Notes: generated by a model not told the origin, from the letters alone. Positions 41,551 to 55,629 are shown, counted from the stretch's first letter. The stretch: DNA of 64,000 nucleotides from the human T2T-CHM13v2.0 reference genome, Homo sapiens (GCF_009914755.1 NC_060927.1); one strand, 5' to 3'. Numbers and translations: made by a program.

Positions 41551-42991
41551 CTACTTTTCTTTTCAAATATTGTATAGAAAATTTCCCATGGATTTTTCTG
41601 TTTTATTAGTATCTATTTTCGACTCAGTGATTCTGTGTCTTGAAGTGTCTTCTCATTGTGAGCTTGTTTGTTTTGTAACTTCTTAAAGTTAATAACAGCT
41701 AGTTCATTTTTAGGCTTGATTCTTTTCTATTACAAGTTTTTAAGGCTATAAAATTCCCTCTAAATATACTACTTTAAAATGTATCCTACAGTTATGATAT
41801 ATGATATTTTTGTTTATCTTTTTAAATAATCACTATTAAGGAAAATCAAATAAATTTTATTTTCTTATAGCCTGACAAACCAAAATTGTTTGTAGTTTAA
41901 AAGTCTCATATAGAATTTCTATAATATTCCAATTAGTATTCCAATTATCATTGCTGTTATAATGGACTAATGAGAATTAAAATAATGTCTATATGATATT
42001 GATAGAGCATTAGTATGGAAGTTATTCACTTACAATATTCATACCAATAATATGTGCACTACCCAAAAAACTATAGCTTCATCCACAGCACTTTGAGCAA
42101 AACTTGAATCTCTTGAGTGGCAGTGCTTGTATACCTTTTGCTGATCTTATGCTGATGGTGAAGGAGAAATCATTAATAATACATATTGAAGGGAGGAGAA
42201 AGATTGCCAAGTTTCTTGGTATACTTTTGGAATTTGAAATAATTGATCTATTAGAAGGTTGAATTAACCTTGAAGAAACCCAATTCTGTCTCCAGGACAT
42301 GATAGCCTAGGAAAACCCAGCCTGAGATGAGGCACCCATGTAACCTCCTGGAGCAGGTGCGGAGGGACAGGGCTGCAGGTCTCCAAGACCCTCAGCTGGG
42401 GAGGGGAGAGGGAGCTCTTCAGACTAGCACTGGGGAATTGATTTCTCCCTCGAGCCTGAAGATCACCCCTTCTGCTCTCCGTAGTTTTCTCTTGGCTCTG
42501 TGTTTTGGATGATGCCTTCTCTAGAGTGGTGGTTTCTCAAGATGGTTCTGTTTCTGCAAGTGCCTTTTACACAGCCTGAAGCTTTCTTATGAACTTCATG
42601 TTCTTGGATGAGGGCAGCAAGGCTCATGCCAGATGCTTTTCTCTTTTTACGCTGATTGCAAAAGACTGAGCAAATGTAGGAGACTGTCGATGACAGGTAC
42701 ACACACGGCTGGCCCTCCAGGGGCTATGGAGGATGGGGGCAGCCCGGGTTGTTGGGCTGCTTGACCACTGCTTCCTGCAGTGTCCCCAAAACACTTGGGT
42801 GGCCCCTTGGTGCTGCCAAAGTCTTCCACAGGCTGAGCTCCCCCATGCCCAACAAGGAGCACAGAGCCCCCAAAGCCACCTGCTAAATGGGGCAGAGCCT
42901 GCAGAGAGCTGCTTGCAGGGAGCTGGGAGGACGTGTGGGGCTCCCTCTCATAATCTGTTTTTACATTTTCTTCTCAGCTTTCCTGAGGTAT

Positions 42992-43686
42992 ACAGCAGTC
43001 CCTCCTTATCCTCGGTTCTGCTTTCTGAGGTTTCAGTTACCCACAGTCAACTTTGGTCTCAAAATATTAACTAAAAAATCCCAGAAATAAGCAATTTCTA
43101 AGTTTTAAAGGGGCCACCATTCTGAGTAGTGTTATGAGATCTCTGTCTTGCCCTGGGAATGGAGCCTGCCTTGTCCAGAGTTCCATGCTGTCTTCAGGTT
43201 CCACGCTGACTTCATCACCTGCCTGTTAGTCACTCCACCGTCTTGGTTATTAGGTCCACAGTGGGGGTACCTCTGCTTGTGTTCAAGGAACCCTTGTTTT
43301 ATCTAATGGTGGCCTCAAGGCGCTAGAGGAGTGCTGCTGGCAATTCACATAGGCCAAAGAGAAGCCATAAAGTGCGTTCTTTAAGTGAAAATGTGAAAGT
43401 TCTTCACTTAATAAGGAAGGAAAAAATAGTATGCTGAGGTTGCTGAGATCTGTAGTATAATAAGATGCTGAGAGACAGGGAGACCACACTCACATAACTT
43501 TATTACAGCATATAGTTATAATTGTTCTGTTTTATTATTGATCTTATTGTGCCGAATTTATGAATTAAACTTTACCATAGGTATGTATAGGAAAAACAGT
43601 GTATACAGGGTTCGGCACCATCTGTGGCTTCAGGCATCCACTGGGGGTCTTGGAACATACTCCCCTCAGATAAGGAGGGACTACCG
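42992..43686 (+). mobile_element. Tigger-derived MITE (MER44C/D-like)
   Basis: TIRs CAGCAGTCCCTCCTTATC / GATAAGGAGGGACTACCG, preceded by TA; internal GGTTTCAGTTACCCACAGTCAAC. Confidence 0.88.
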
Positions 43687-44499
43687 CAATTACATTTTTA
43701 CATTTCTATTTGAAGAATTTTAATTATAAGGAGTAGTAGAAGGAACACCCATATATCCCCCATCTGTATACAATTGTTAATACTTTGCAACCTTTGTTTT
43801 ATCTCTTGGTCTCTATTCATACAAACAAATACACTTACGCATAGTATCATGCATATGGATTATCTATCCATTTGTAGGGCTGTCTATCTGTTAAACCATT
43901 TGAAAGTAAATCACAGATGTCTGACACTTCCTCCTGCACCTCTCAAAAATAAGCATTCTCCTACGCTACCACTTATCATTATCATACCTGACAAGATTAA
44001 TAATTCCCTAATGTCTATTATTCAGAACATACTCAAATACTCCCAGTTGCCCCAACAATATACAGTGTTTGATAGCTTTTTAAAAAAACCTAGGATAGAT
44101 CACGTAGCCATCTATATATCCTATTTTGTGGAGTGACTGTCCCAGGTTTTTTTTCCTTGGGTTGGTTGTGGGGTATGTGGTGTGTGTGCACTTATTCTAT
44201 ACATGAATGTTTTGTCAGATACAAGTATTGCTTATATCTTCTTTGTGGCTTTTTACTTTTAAAATGGGACGTGTCAATCAACAGAAGTTGTAAATTTTAT
44301 GGATATCCAATTTTTATTAATATTTTCTCTTTTGGGTAGTGCTTTGAAAAGCCTGTTTAATAGCTTACCTGAAGGTCATGGACATAGTCTCATATTTTTT
44401 TCTTGAAGGTTTATTGTGTTACATTTTATACTTAGGTCTATAATCTACTTCAAATTAATTTTTGAAATTTGTTGCCTCTTGGCTTGTGGAACAGCCTTT

Positions 44500-45760
44500 G
44501 GCCTATTTTAGTACATTTTCCCATGTACTTAAAAATTCTGCAATTTAGGGGTATAATATTCCATATATGTCATTTAGGTGAAATTGGATAATTATTTTGT
44601 TCAAATATATGTTATTATTGCTTTTTATCTTCTTGTTTCATCAGAGTTGGCATTAAAATCTCCAGCTCTGATTGTGACTTATTCTATTTCTCCTTCTAGT
44701 TCTGTTGATTTTTGCTTTATATTTTTAAAGTTATGTTATTAGGTATATAACAAATTTGGGACAAAGGATGATTTGTCTTTTTTATAAGATGTCCCACTTG
44801 ACATCTTTCAATGCTTCTAACATTAACATCTGTTTTGTGTGATGATAATATATTCATTCCACTTTTCCTTTTCAGGCTAGTCAAGTGAAGCAGTGAGGGT
44901 GGAAAGTGAACAAAGAAATCTATAACTGCCTGTGATCCATTAGCTGTAGACACCACTGCCTGTGTACTTTTCTTTTGGTTGGTGCTTGCCTTACTTTCAA
45001 TCACTTCATGTTCTTAAGTGTTTCATAAACAGCAGGTCGATGGTTTGGTTTTTTCAATCCAGTCTGACAGTCTCTGTCTTTTAACTGGATTGTTTACACC
45101 ATTTATATTTAACAGAATCACTGCTATCATTGACCTGATACCATTACCATTACTATCTCACTATTTGTGTTCTCTTTGTTCCCTCTGCTCTTTGTTCCTT
45201 TATTTCTCCTTTCCTGCCATCTTTCATAATATTCAAAGTATTTTTTAATTATTCCATTGTACCTCCTCTATTACTATTTAGTTACACATTAGTGTATTAT
45301 TCTTTTGGTGGTTACTCTAGAGATTAAAATATGTACCCTTGATGTATTATAGCCTACTTTATATTTGTATTTTACCACTTTTCCAAATCATGCATGAGCC
45401 TTCCAGCAGTTTTAACTCCATTCTTCCCTCTGCTTTTGCCCTATTGTTGTAATGCCTTCTATTTAAGTTGGTAGTTTCACAAGACATTATTGTTTGAGAC
45501 TTACAGCCATTGCTGTTATACAATTACTCATATATTTGCCTTTCCAGCAGTCTTCTTTCCTGCCAAAATCTCGATGCCTCTGCCTGGAATCATTTTCTTT
45601 CAGCCTGAAGAACTACTTCCATGCTTTGAATCATGAGGAATTCTTTCAGCTTATGTTTGTCTGGAAACATCTTAATTGTGCCTTCTATTTTAAAGGATAT
45701 TTTTGCTGACTCTTTGTCCTAGGTCAGCAGATTTTCCTGAAAGTATCATTCCATTTTTTT
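44500..45760 (-). mobile_element. Old L1M fragments
   Basis: Antisense L1 text (TCCAGTCTGACAGTCTCTGTCTTTTAACTGG, TTTAAAGGATATTTTTGCTG). Confidence 0.7.
44874..44959 (-). pseudogene. Y3 RNA (RNY3) retropseudogene, 5'-truncated
   Basis: Reverse complement GCAGTGGTGTCTACAGCTAATGGATCACAGGCAGTTATAGATTTCTTTGTTCACTTTCCACCCTCACTGCTTCACTTGACTAGCCT aligns with hY3; ACTTTTC TSD-like flanks. Confidence 0.92.
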
Positions 45761-46481
45761 TCCTCATGGGATTCTAAGTCACAAGGAAGACTTACACACT
45801 TTGGACAACTTTCAGAACAGGAAAAAATCTTCAAAGGCTTGTGGACACTCACACCAACATGTTCACTAAGGTCATTTTTTATTATTGATGGTAACTTGAT
45901 TCCATTGCTTGAGAATGCAATATAAAACCAGTTCTTTGAAATTTATAGATATTATAAACCCAGTAAATTTTGTAAACATGTTAAGTACATTTTCATTGCA
46001 GCGTTCTTTATATGTCCATATATGGAAGAGTTCTGATCAAGTTGCTAATTGTATAGTTTAAATCTTTTATATCATTAACTATAATTTTTGGTTTCCTGAT
46101 CTTTCAGTTATATAGAGATGTGTGTTGTGTGTTGAAATTTATCAAAGTATTTTTCTTGTATTTACTGTCATCTTGTATTAATCATTTTGTTATCTTCTGT
46201 AGGCTAATAATGCAGTGGATTGTGTTGAATCATCCTTGCAACTGCAATCTCCTTGCAGTTGAGATAAACTAAATCTGACCATATTTTTGTATTTTGCAAT
46301 ATATTTTGCAATATATTTTGCATTTGGTTTATTGATGTGTTATTTAGGATATTTTACATAAGGGAGACATAATCTAGGTATGTTTCTTGTGTTGACCTTA
46401 CCACTTTTGAATTCAAAAACTAAATTTCACAGCTTTTCCTCTGAAAAGAAATTTCTGGAGTCTGTTTATGAGAAAGTTTGA

Positions 46482-46803
<322 letters not shown>

Positions 46804-48223
46804 TCCTGGGACTTTTAAGGAATAAAGGAGTTACCACTTTGCTTATCACATTTATTTTTGTATTAGTAGTTTTTATATTTCTTTTATATAATAGTTCTAT
46901 GTTTTATTTAAATGCATCTTTTCTCATCTTAATCGATCTTCTCAATGTTTTGTCTATCAAAGTTTTTTTCAAAGAAATCATTTTTTCACTCTTACTATTT
47001 TGTCATTCTATGTTCATGGATTTCTGCTTTTGTATTTTGTCCCTTCATTTTATTTCCATGGATTTGTTCTGTTGCTATTTTTTTACACCTCAGTGGAATG
47101 CATAGTGTTTTCTCTTTTCCCTTATGATGAACCTAAAGCTATACATTTTCTTCAGAATACCCACCTCTTTAGCTTTGTCCCACAAATTTGGTAGGTGGTA
47201 TATTCCTTATTGCCTGTTGGACAGGGCTGAGGAGCTCCTAGAGCTTCAGTCCCTGTGGGGGACCAGGTTACCTCAGCCCAGCCTCAGGCATCAGCAGCAG
47301 AATCCCACAGTGCAGCTCTTGCCTGGACAGGCTTGGGGCCGCCATAGCATTGGGCCCAGAACTTAGCATCTGGGCATCAGATCCTCCTCTTCTTCGGCCT
47401 CTTCACCCTGCTCAGACTGTTAACCCCATCACTGCCCCCATACAAAGCTCACACACGTGCTGTGCACCATGGGCAAGACAGGAGCCCACCCAGTACTCAT
47501 TGAGCTGCCGCTGTGAACCCTGCCTGAGCTCCCCAGTATGAACACGCCTTGCTGACCTGGGGCTCCTGGCCACACCCTGAGCAAGTCCAAATGCGCCTGT
47601 GTACCATCTCAGCAGACACAAGGGCGCCCGGTTATGACGGGATATCCTCGTAGGGACCGTGCACTGTCTAACCATTTAACTGCACCAGCATTGCTGAAGG
47701 CATCTATCTGGGTGCCAAAGCTGGAGAACATCTTCAGGACTCTCCCATTTAAACTCAAGAGTTCACTTTGGAGCCCGGTGGGGCATTTTGGAGGTTAACA
47801 GCCATCCTCCAGAGCCACTTCCTCCAAGGAGCACAAGAGGCTGGTGTTTCTATGGGTCAGGAGTGATGAGCCGTGTGCTACAACCAGGAAGGGGAGGAAA
47901 GCAGATGTGGGCCGGCGTGAGTGCCAAACCACTCAGGAGTGGAGACAGCACAGAGCAGGGGCAAAGCTGGTCCTGGGCCTGTCCTGCCACCAGCCTGCAC
48001 GCCCTCCACCTCACCTCCACTCACACCCTCCACAGGCTCATGCACTTGCCTTTCCACAGGGCGATATTTAGATAGTTAATTCCTTTCCAAACTCCTGGCA
48101 TTCCTATGCCCACATTAGAGCTTCTCCCTGTTCTTGTACTTTATATAATACTTTTTTCAAGACTTGAGTCACAGGTGATATATTTTATTTTAAATTAGCT
48201 TTTGTTACTCCATATAATCCCCC

Positions 48224-48493
<270 letters not shown>

Positions 48494-49204
48494 TAACGCC
48501 TTTTCAATAGATGCACTACATGTTAAATCTAATCACTAAAGGAAATTTCAGCGTCACTTACCAGATGTAGAATATAAAACTAGATACAGTGAAAACAGAA
48601 CAATGTGATTACATTCTGACTGGCTGAAGGTGTCGGTCTCAAGCCTAGACTTGCTTTGCTAAAAAGAGAGATTGGTAGGTGTTGGTGTTACAGTCCAACC
48701 CTCAGCTCTAAGAGGCCACAAGAAGCACACTGGGTCCCTGATTCCCCCTTGTTGCAGAGCCTGAGCTCTGGAGGACAGACCTAGAATCTCTGGCCTTAGC
48801 CACATCCACTCCTGTCTGCCCCAAGTTCCCCACATGGAGTTTCGGTTCTGCCCAGGGTACGGGGCAGAGATAAGAAATGAAGTCTCTGCTTCCTTTCCCA
48901 GTCGGTGGAACCCAGCATTGGAAGAGCAACAGGAGCACCCTGTCCCTGGCTCCCTTCTTCATAGGTTTCTGACTCAGTTTCCCCACTCACACTCTATCTC
49001 TGTGCTGGGGTTGAAGCCCAGCTGGCCTCCCCTAGGACACCCTGAGGATGGGGCACCCTCCACCTCTGGGCAGCTCCTCTCTTGGACATGTTGGCTGGCC
49101 AGAGCCAGGGAAGCTGTCCCCCTAACCTCTACCAACGGCCTGGACTGCCCCAGCCTCCCCTGTGAGATGCTCACATGGCCCAGGGTTGAAGGAGTCGACT
49201 TTCA

Positions 49205-49298
49205 AGGGCAGGGCCAGGGCCAGGGACAGGGGTAGGGGCAGGGCCAGGACCAGGGGCAGGGTCAGAGGCAGGGCCAGGGCCAGGGGCAGGGGCAGGGG
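49205..49298 (+). repeat. G-rich hexamer repeat (GGGGCA/GGGCCA)n with G-quadruplex potential
   Basis: Many consecutive G3-G4 runs separated by short loops. Confidence 0.85.
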
Positions 49299-52200
49299 TG
49301 CACACACCTCGCCCTGGGCCTGGGGGCTGGGCAGCTATCAGTTTGCCCCTGTTGTCCTTCTGCTGGGCTCTGCACGAAAGACCTACAGCTCCCAGGCTCC
49401 CTTGCCAAGTGGCTTCCTGGCAGGCGTTGGCGAGAGGGTGAGAGGAAGGGGAGAAGCCAGGGTGTCTTCCCCTCCTCTCTCTGCCTCTTGGGCTCTGGCT
49501 CCCCTGGGCAGCCCCTGCTGTGGCCTGGCTCCCTCTCGATGCCCTGACGTGCAGGTCCTGGCAATATCATTTCCCTCCATTGTCTCCTCAGCCTTGCAGC
49601 AATGGTGGCTTCCGGCCATGGTTGACCGAGCTGATCACTGTCCCATCAGGCTTCCCAGCAATTCCATCACCCAGAGAACTTATTCTCTGAATTAAATTCG
49701 CTTGGTTTATAAAACTTCGAGGGATTTGTCTCTTGGAGGGACAGGCTGTGCCCTGTGGAAGGGCAGCAGTGGGAAGCAGAGGGGGCCTCTGAGGGCTGGC
49801 ACACCTGCCTGGAGAGGGCTGAGCTGCAGGGCGGAGCAGGCCTGCCACTGTCCAGGCCCCGGGTGGTGTGCTAGAAAGAAACTACCCCTGGGTTTGGGTG
49901 ATTTTGGGGACTCTAAGCACAGGGGTTGGCTCAGATTGGCTATTGCAAAAAGTGGGTCAATGCCACGACTGGGTTTCTGGCTAAATCCTATCTATAGAGG
50001 GGGTGCATGTAGACAGGCTGTCAGGGGGACAGAAGTGGCAGTTGCTTACTTTGGCTGAAAGAGTGGTTGCTTGGTATTTTGTGGGTGGCACAGCAAGTGA
50101 CCTCACTTTGGGCAGAGACACATCATGAAGTGGCCTTGCTTTGTCTCATGTCATCATGTCTCAGTGACCTTGGCCTTGGTTGGTCTTCTGTGCAATGGTT
50201 AATGTCTAATAGAGTGGACCCAGCTGTAAGTGCCTGGCCAGCTTCTGGATGGGAGGAGCTGCCCTTTTTCTTTCTGGAGAGGCATCGTGTGAAACATTTC
50301 TGACCATGGCCTTCCCTTGCTCGAGTCCCAGTGATGCTCTGCCTGGCCCAGTGTACCCAGCACAAGTGCCCCTGAACCCGGCTCCCAGGCAGACCAAGGG
50401 TGCCAGCACCCACACTGTGCGGGAGGAAAGCACTGCACCCCAGTTCACACATTTAATCCTGCAGTATGGGTGGCACTAGCACCATTTTCCAGATGAAGAA
50501 ACTGAGGCATGAAGAGGTTAGGGCCTCTGCCACTGTAAGAAGAGACAGAGCCGGCCTTCCCCAACTTACCCTAACAATGATAGCGGTCATGAGAAGAACA
50601 GCAGCAGCTGACAAGGACTGATCCCCAGCTGCTGGCCACATGCTGAGGCCTGTGCCTATGAGCACCTTCACCAGCACAGCAGCTTGAGGAGGTTTGCTTG
50701 TCATCGCCACTTTACAGGCCAGGACTGAGTCAAAGAGGCCAGAGGCTTTAGGGTCACTCAGCCAAGGCATCTAAAATACCAAATCCCTGTCACCCCAGGG
50801 AAGCCACTTGCCCCCCAACTTGCTCCCGTGCAGCCCCCAGTGCTCCCCTGAACGCTTCTTGCACACCCACCCCTGTGGCTGCCTGGTTCCCAGCCCATCT
50901 TCCCTGCCACTGTGGAAACTTCTGGAGGAGGTAATGGCCCAGTTGATCTTGTGCCCCTACACGAGGGGTGTGAGCAGGCAGGATGCAGACATGACAGCAG
51001 GCGAGGGTACGGGCTGCAGCGTTCCCTCTGACTGTGTGAATAGAGAAAGGGCTGGGGAAGCCCACCCTGCCGGCCCCATCAAAGTCACAGATGCCAACAC
51101 CTTCAGTCGCTGCTGGCAGGCAGGAGTGAGGACTGGGGAGCCGCAAGCAGGCAGGCTGCCAGGATGGTCGTCAGGTGTCCAGCCTGAGCTGGATGGCAGG
51201 TGGAGAATCCAGGCTGCAGTGGGGCCCGGGGCTCACGCTCAGGAGCCAGGCCCGGGCTGGAGGTCAGGGAGCAGTGGGCAGAGTGACCACAACCCACAGC
51301 CCCTCCTGTGAGGCCCAGACTAGAATGGCCCTAGGATGCCTATGACCGAAGGTCTCTGTGACATTTCAGCAATGACATCATGCCTATGGGCTGTGTGGTG
51401 TAACACCCCAGAGGCGTGTGGCCTAGTTAAGTATTCAGACTCTGGCCTTGCAGCCATTGTTTCCTAAGAAAAGTCACACTGCAAAGTGGCTGCCACTGGT
51501 ACCTCATCTGTCTGTGTCATCCACCCCAGAGGCTCGGCCAGTTTGCTTTATTTACAAGGGTTAGAAATCAGTTTTCAAAGGTGGAATTGGTGGCTTGTTA
51601 ATCTGCATAACAGATGCTGAGAGTGGGCTATCCCTGGGAAATCACCACTGGAGGTCTGTTGATTGGCTAGAATATTGTGCCCTAAGCTGTCCTCTGTCCA
51701 GGCTTTGGTGGGGAGGATGTGGTGGTGGCTGTGATGTGCTGGAACATCTGCCTTTGCCAGAGCGAGCCTTTATGCAGGAGAAGGCCAGAGGGCCGATACC
51801 TTAACCAACTTCCCCATGGGCCTGTGAACTGCCTTTGGTGCGGCCCCACTGGAGAATATTTGTGTGCTACACTTCAGGATGCAAGGAGGAATCTGGTCTG
51901 CACCTTGCTCTCAAGATACCCCCTGATGAAGCTGAAACAGCACTCACCAGGCGGGCACTCACTACAAACCTTTTAGCAGCTAATGTCATCTGGACCCGAC
52001 ATGTGGCAGGATCACACTGCCTGGGGTGGGGGCAGAAGGCCTGTGAAACACAGAGGCCATAGGGTGCACCTGGCTGAGGGGGACACAGGGTGCGGGCATG
52101 TGCACGCTGCATGGAGACCCTCATGCTGGCCAGCGTGGGGGCACCCCGGGCTTTATCAAGAGCGGGAATTAACTGGAGACTTGACAAGCTGGTGTTCCCT

Positions 52201-53464
52201 GCTGGGGAACACCGGAGCTCAGCCTGTCCATCAGTTGGCCCCGGAGGCTGGAGTGCAGGCAGGACTGTGAGGCCCACCTGCTGCTAACCTGCCAGGGAGG
52301 GCCTCTTGAAGCTTGTCTGCCTGGACATGTGCAAAGTGGCTGATGGTGGCTGTGCCAAGTCCTCTGGGCCCTGAGGCACTGAGCAGCCCCACAGGAGCTG
52401 AGAGGTGCTGCACCCGACCCTCCCTCCAGCAGCGCCATGAGGAAGCATGTGGCTGTGCCTGCATGAGCGGCCAGCTGGACTTGGGGGCTGAGATGGACGG
52501 AAAGAGGATTACTCTCCTCGGGGGCTGCACCCCCAGTCCCAACCACTCTGGGACTGTTTGGGAATCCTGAGAGCTCCCATGGCAGACACAGATCTCACTT
52601 AGTCTCAGCCTTTGTGGATTAGAGTTGTCAAAAGCCTGCTGTGACCTGGGAGCAAGGGAGGCCAGAGCCCAGCATGAGGCCCCAGTCAAGCTACCTGGCA
52701 GCTCAACCACTGCAGTGGGAAGGAAGTCGTGTCCCCCAGGCTCTGTACAACTGTCAGCAGCACAGTCATTGTGGGTGCACCCCCCGAGCGGGCCATTCAC
52801 CAGCCCTACACTCCCCACGCCTTACCTCAAACCCTCTGCTTACAGCCCCAGGACCCTAGGCCAGACCCTGAGGAGGCCCGCAGGCTCTGGGCAGTGCAGT
52901 CCTGTGTCCATGCAGTGCCTCACCTCCCTCACCTGCAGAAAGAACAGCAGGGACACTGGAGGGGAATCCCAGTGGAGCTTGTGGGGAGAGGTGGGGACCC
53001 TGGGGGAGGCGCCTGGGCTAACTCCAGGCTCTGAGCTGCTGTGTGACTTGGACAAGTCACTCACCCTGCGGGGCTGTTATCCAGGCACTCTGATATCCTG
53101 GGGTTTCTGCTAGGGCTGGATGGGTCACAGCACACGCCTCATGGCCATAGAGCTTTTTGTGTGGCTGTTGTGCCCCGGGCTGACTTGAGCGATGGGGGAC
53201 ACTAAAGACACTAACCACCCACCAGACGGCGTGAGGGCTAAGATGCCATGCTTTCCCAAGTCTGACTGTCCCCTGAGGTTCCTTGGTGGCGGTCAGCAGC
53301 AGGAGGTGGGAAAATGAGATTGTGGCTCACTTTTCCAGGCACCCACAGTTGCAGGTGCTTTCCATGAGCTGCTAACCCTGTAAGCAGGTGCCGCTGAAAT
53401 CAGCACCACCCTCCCCATTCCACAGAGGGGGAAACACCGGCAAGGAAAGGCCGATAGTAACCTC

Positions 53465-53655
53465 TATTTCAAAATTGCTCAGAGATTACGTTTCCATTGC
53501 TCTCACCATAATACGTAAGTATGTGAGGTGATGGCTAAGTTCATTAGCTTGATTTAATAATTCCACATTGTATACATATGTCAAAGCATCACATTGTACC
53601 CCATAAATATAGGCAATTATGATTTGTCCACTAAAAACAAACAAAAAAAACAAAC
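53465..53655 (+). mobile_element. L1MA/MB 3' terminus with A-rich tail
   Basis: GTATGTGAGGTGATGG...ATTCCACATTGTATACATATGTCAAAGCATCACATTGTACCCCATAAATAT...AAAAACAAACAAAAAAAAC. Confidence 0.85.
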
Positions 53656-54519
53656 ACATGATCAGGTCGAGGCAGGACGAAGCTTTGGGGAGGAATGGTC
53701 AGAGGAGGACGACTGAGCCCCATGCATGCCTCCCACACTGCCAAGCCTGTCCCTTTGACATTCAATTCAGGTTTTGGTTTGAAATTTGGTGGATCTGGCC
53801 TGGAGGATGCTGTCTTCTCTGAGGCACCCACAACCCCAGGTTGTGTTGAGCCTGTGCGGCAGGGCAGCCCCCGAGGCTGGATGGTCCTGAATGAGCCTTC
53901 GATGTGTCGGATGAATCCGCCACCCCCAAGGGATGCAGTGGCAGCCTGACAGTGCCACACATAGGCTGCCATCTCTCCCATGGGTTTCTCCTCATGAACT
54001 CACTTCCTGCTAAGGATGTCTCAAGGGGACTTCTCAGCACCCAGGCAAAGCCCTGGGCACTCACCATCTCCCTCATGGCTCCAGGAGGGCCTCTCTGCTC
54101 ATAGCACCAGGAAAACAGCAGAGCTTCTGCCCTCCCCAAATGCCAGCACCCCACTAAGGTGGGACAGAAGTGGCTCCAGGAGCAGCAGAGTGAGTTCCTC
54201 CCAGCCCTTGCACCCAGGCCAGGAGCACAGCCCAGGGAGAGGAGCTCGTGGCCATGGGGAAATGCTGTGCTGGGGAGGGGCAGGGGCGCCAAGCCGGGGA
54301 CGGCACTCAGGGTGTGGGCAAACCTGAGGCTTCAGTTGGAGGAGGGTGAGAAATGGCACCAATGAGACCCTGGGCCAGCATGTTCCGAGGCAGAGAGCTC
54401 TAAGGGGAGCACTGACTCAGGTGCAGGACACAGGGACAGGCAGCTCAGGAGACCCAGAGCCTGGAGCAGGACCCCGTGGCACATCAGTCCCTGTAGCAGG
54501 GCTGGGCAATGTCCTGAAG

Positions 54520-54840
54520 CAGGAACAAGCAGTTCAAAGAAACCCCTTAAGAAAATGCTGGGAATGGAAATGTAATGGAGACAACGAAGGCCTTCATAGC
54601 AGGGAAAACAGAATTAATGAGCTGGAAGATGAGGTGGGGGAACTCGCTTGGAAGGCATGCAGAAAGGACAGTGATGGAGCAGGTACCAGGAAGATGAAGA
54701 GGCGCAGCAGAGAAAGCCTCAGCACCTGGATCCCGGAGTCTCACAGAAGAAAGGACAGAAATATTCAAAGAATCAATGACCAAGATTTCGCAGAAATAAA
54801 GAAGCTTCAAAAGATTGAGAAATACCAAAAAGAATAGAAT
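54520..54840 (+). mobile_element. Ancient L1-like ORF1 (coiled-coil) relic
   Basis: Translation ENRINELEDEVGEL...RRSRESL..WIPE...IQRINDQDFAEIKK resembles L1 ORF1p. Confidence 0.6.
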
Positions 54841-55629
54841 AGGAACCCCCATCCCCCACCTCCAGACACACAATGAGATTTAATATCCTCAAGCAGAAGC
54901 TTCTGGAAGGCTCTGGAACATGGAGCCCCACCAGGACACACATCCAGGGTGATGGTAGGCCCCACCCCATGCCGCCATGGTGTGCTGAGTATGCCTGCAT
55001 CTCTTTCTTCCTGTCCATCCACCTCTGGTTGTCAGAAGTGGACAAGATGAGAACACAGATGTGAAAATATGAAGTACCATTTTAGCTCACCAAATGCAAG
55101 AGTTTATTTGACACATTATGGTCAAGTAGGTCTCACCTAGTCCTGGAGATACTGACCAATGTTCTAAGTCAGCACTGTAAGTTCCCACTGAGGAACTGCC
55201 AAGGGGATCCCCTTGGCTCACCTCGACACCCCCATGTGTGCAACAGAATGCACAGCTCTTTCCTTCCCCCACATCCCAACACATGGCCGAACTTCACAGT
55301 CCGTACAAAAGATCCTCAGAACCCATCCAACATTCCTTTTAAGGAACTGCAGAATCTAGAGGATCCTAGGGCTCCCACCTGCCAGGCCTTGCACAGCCTA
55401 GGCTGTCCCAGCCCCCTACAGCATCCTCATCCTCCTGCAGTGCTGCAGGTCGCAGAGTCTGTCCTCAACAAAGTACCTCTTGGCAGATCTCATCTCCAAG
55501 GCTGCCTTCACCTTCTGGCTTGAGAATGAATGGCCAAAGCCTAATGGGCCTGACACTACTTTTTTGTACCAAATATTAAATAGCACTTTCATCCGTCTTA
55601 ATTATTCTGAATAAAATTCACACATGCAG

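Noticed and set aside
49162-49695. RG-repeat ORF resembling PRR20 or RGG-box proteins
   Set aside because: The RG tract is the translation of the G-rich hexamer repeat; the remainder has no PRR20 similarity
51440-51620. SOX, STAT, FOX, TCF and partial OCT-SOX motifs
   Set aside because: The OCT-SOX composite is mismatched in both halves and the short motifs are expected by chance without conservation data
50800-54300. Many 100-195 aa ORFs in GC-rich unique sequence
   Set aside because: Overlapping on both strands, mostly non-ATG starts and no recognisable domains, as expected by chance at this GC content
54346-54837. 163-aa ORF with a coiled-coil-like segment as a domesticated L1 gene
   Set aside because: Non-ATG start, partial and degenerate L1 ORF1 relic, no supporting exon structure
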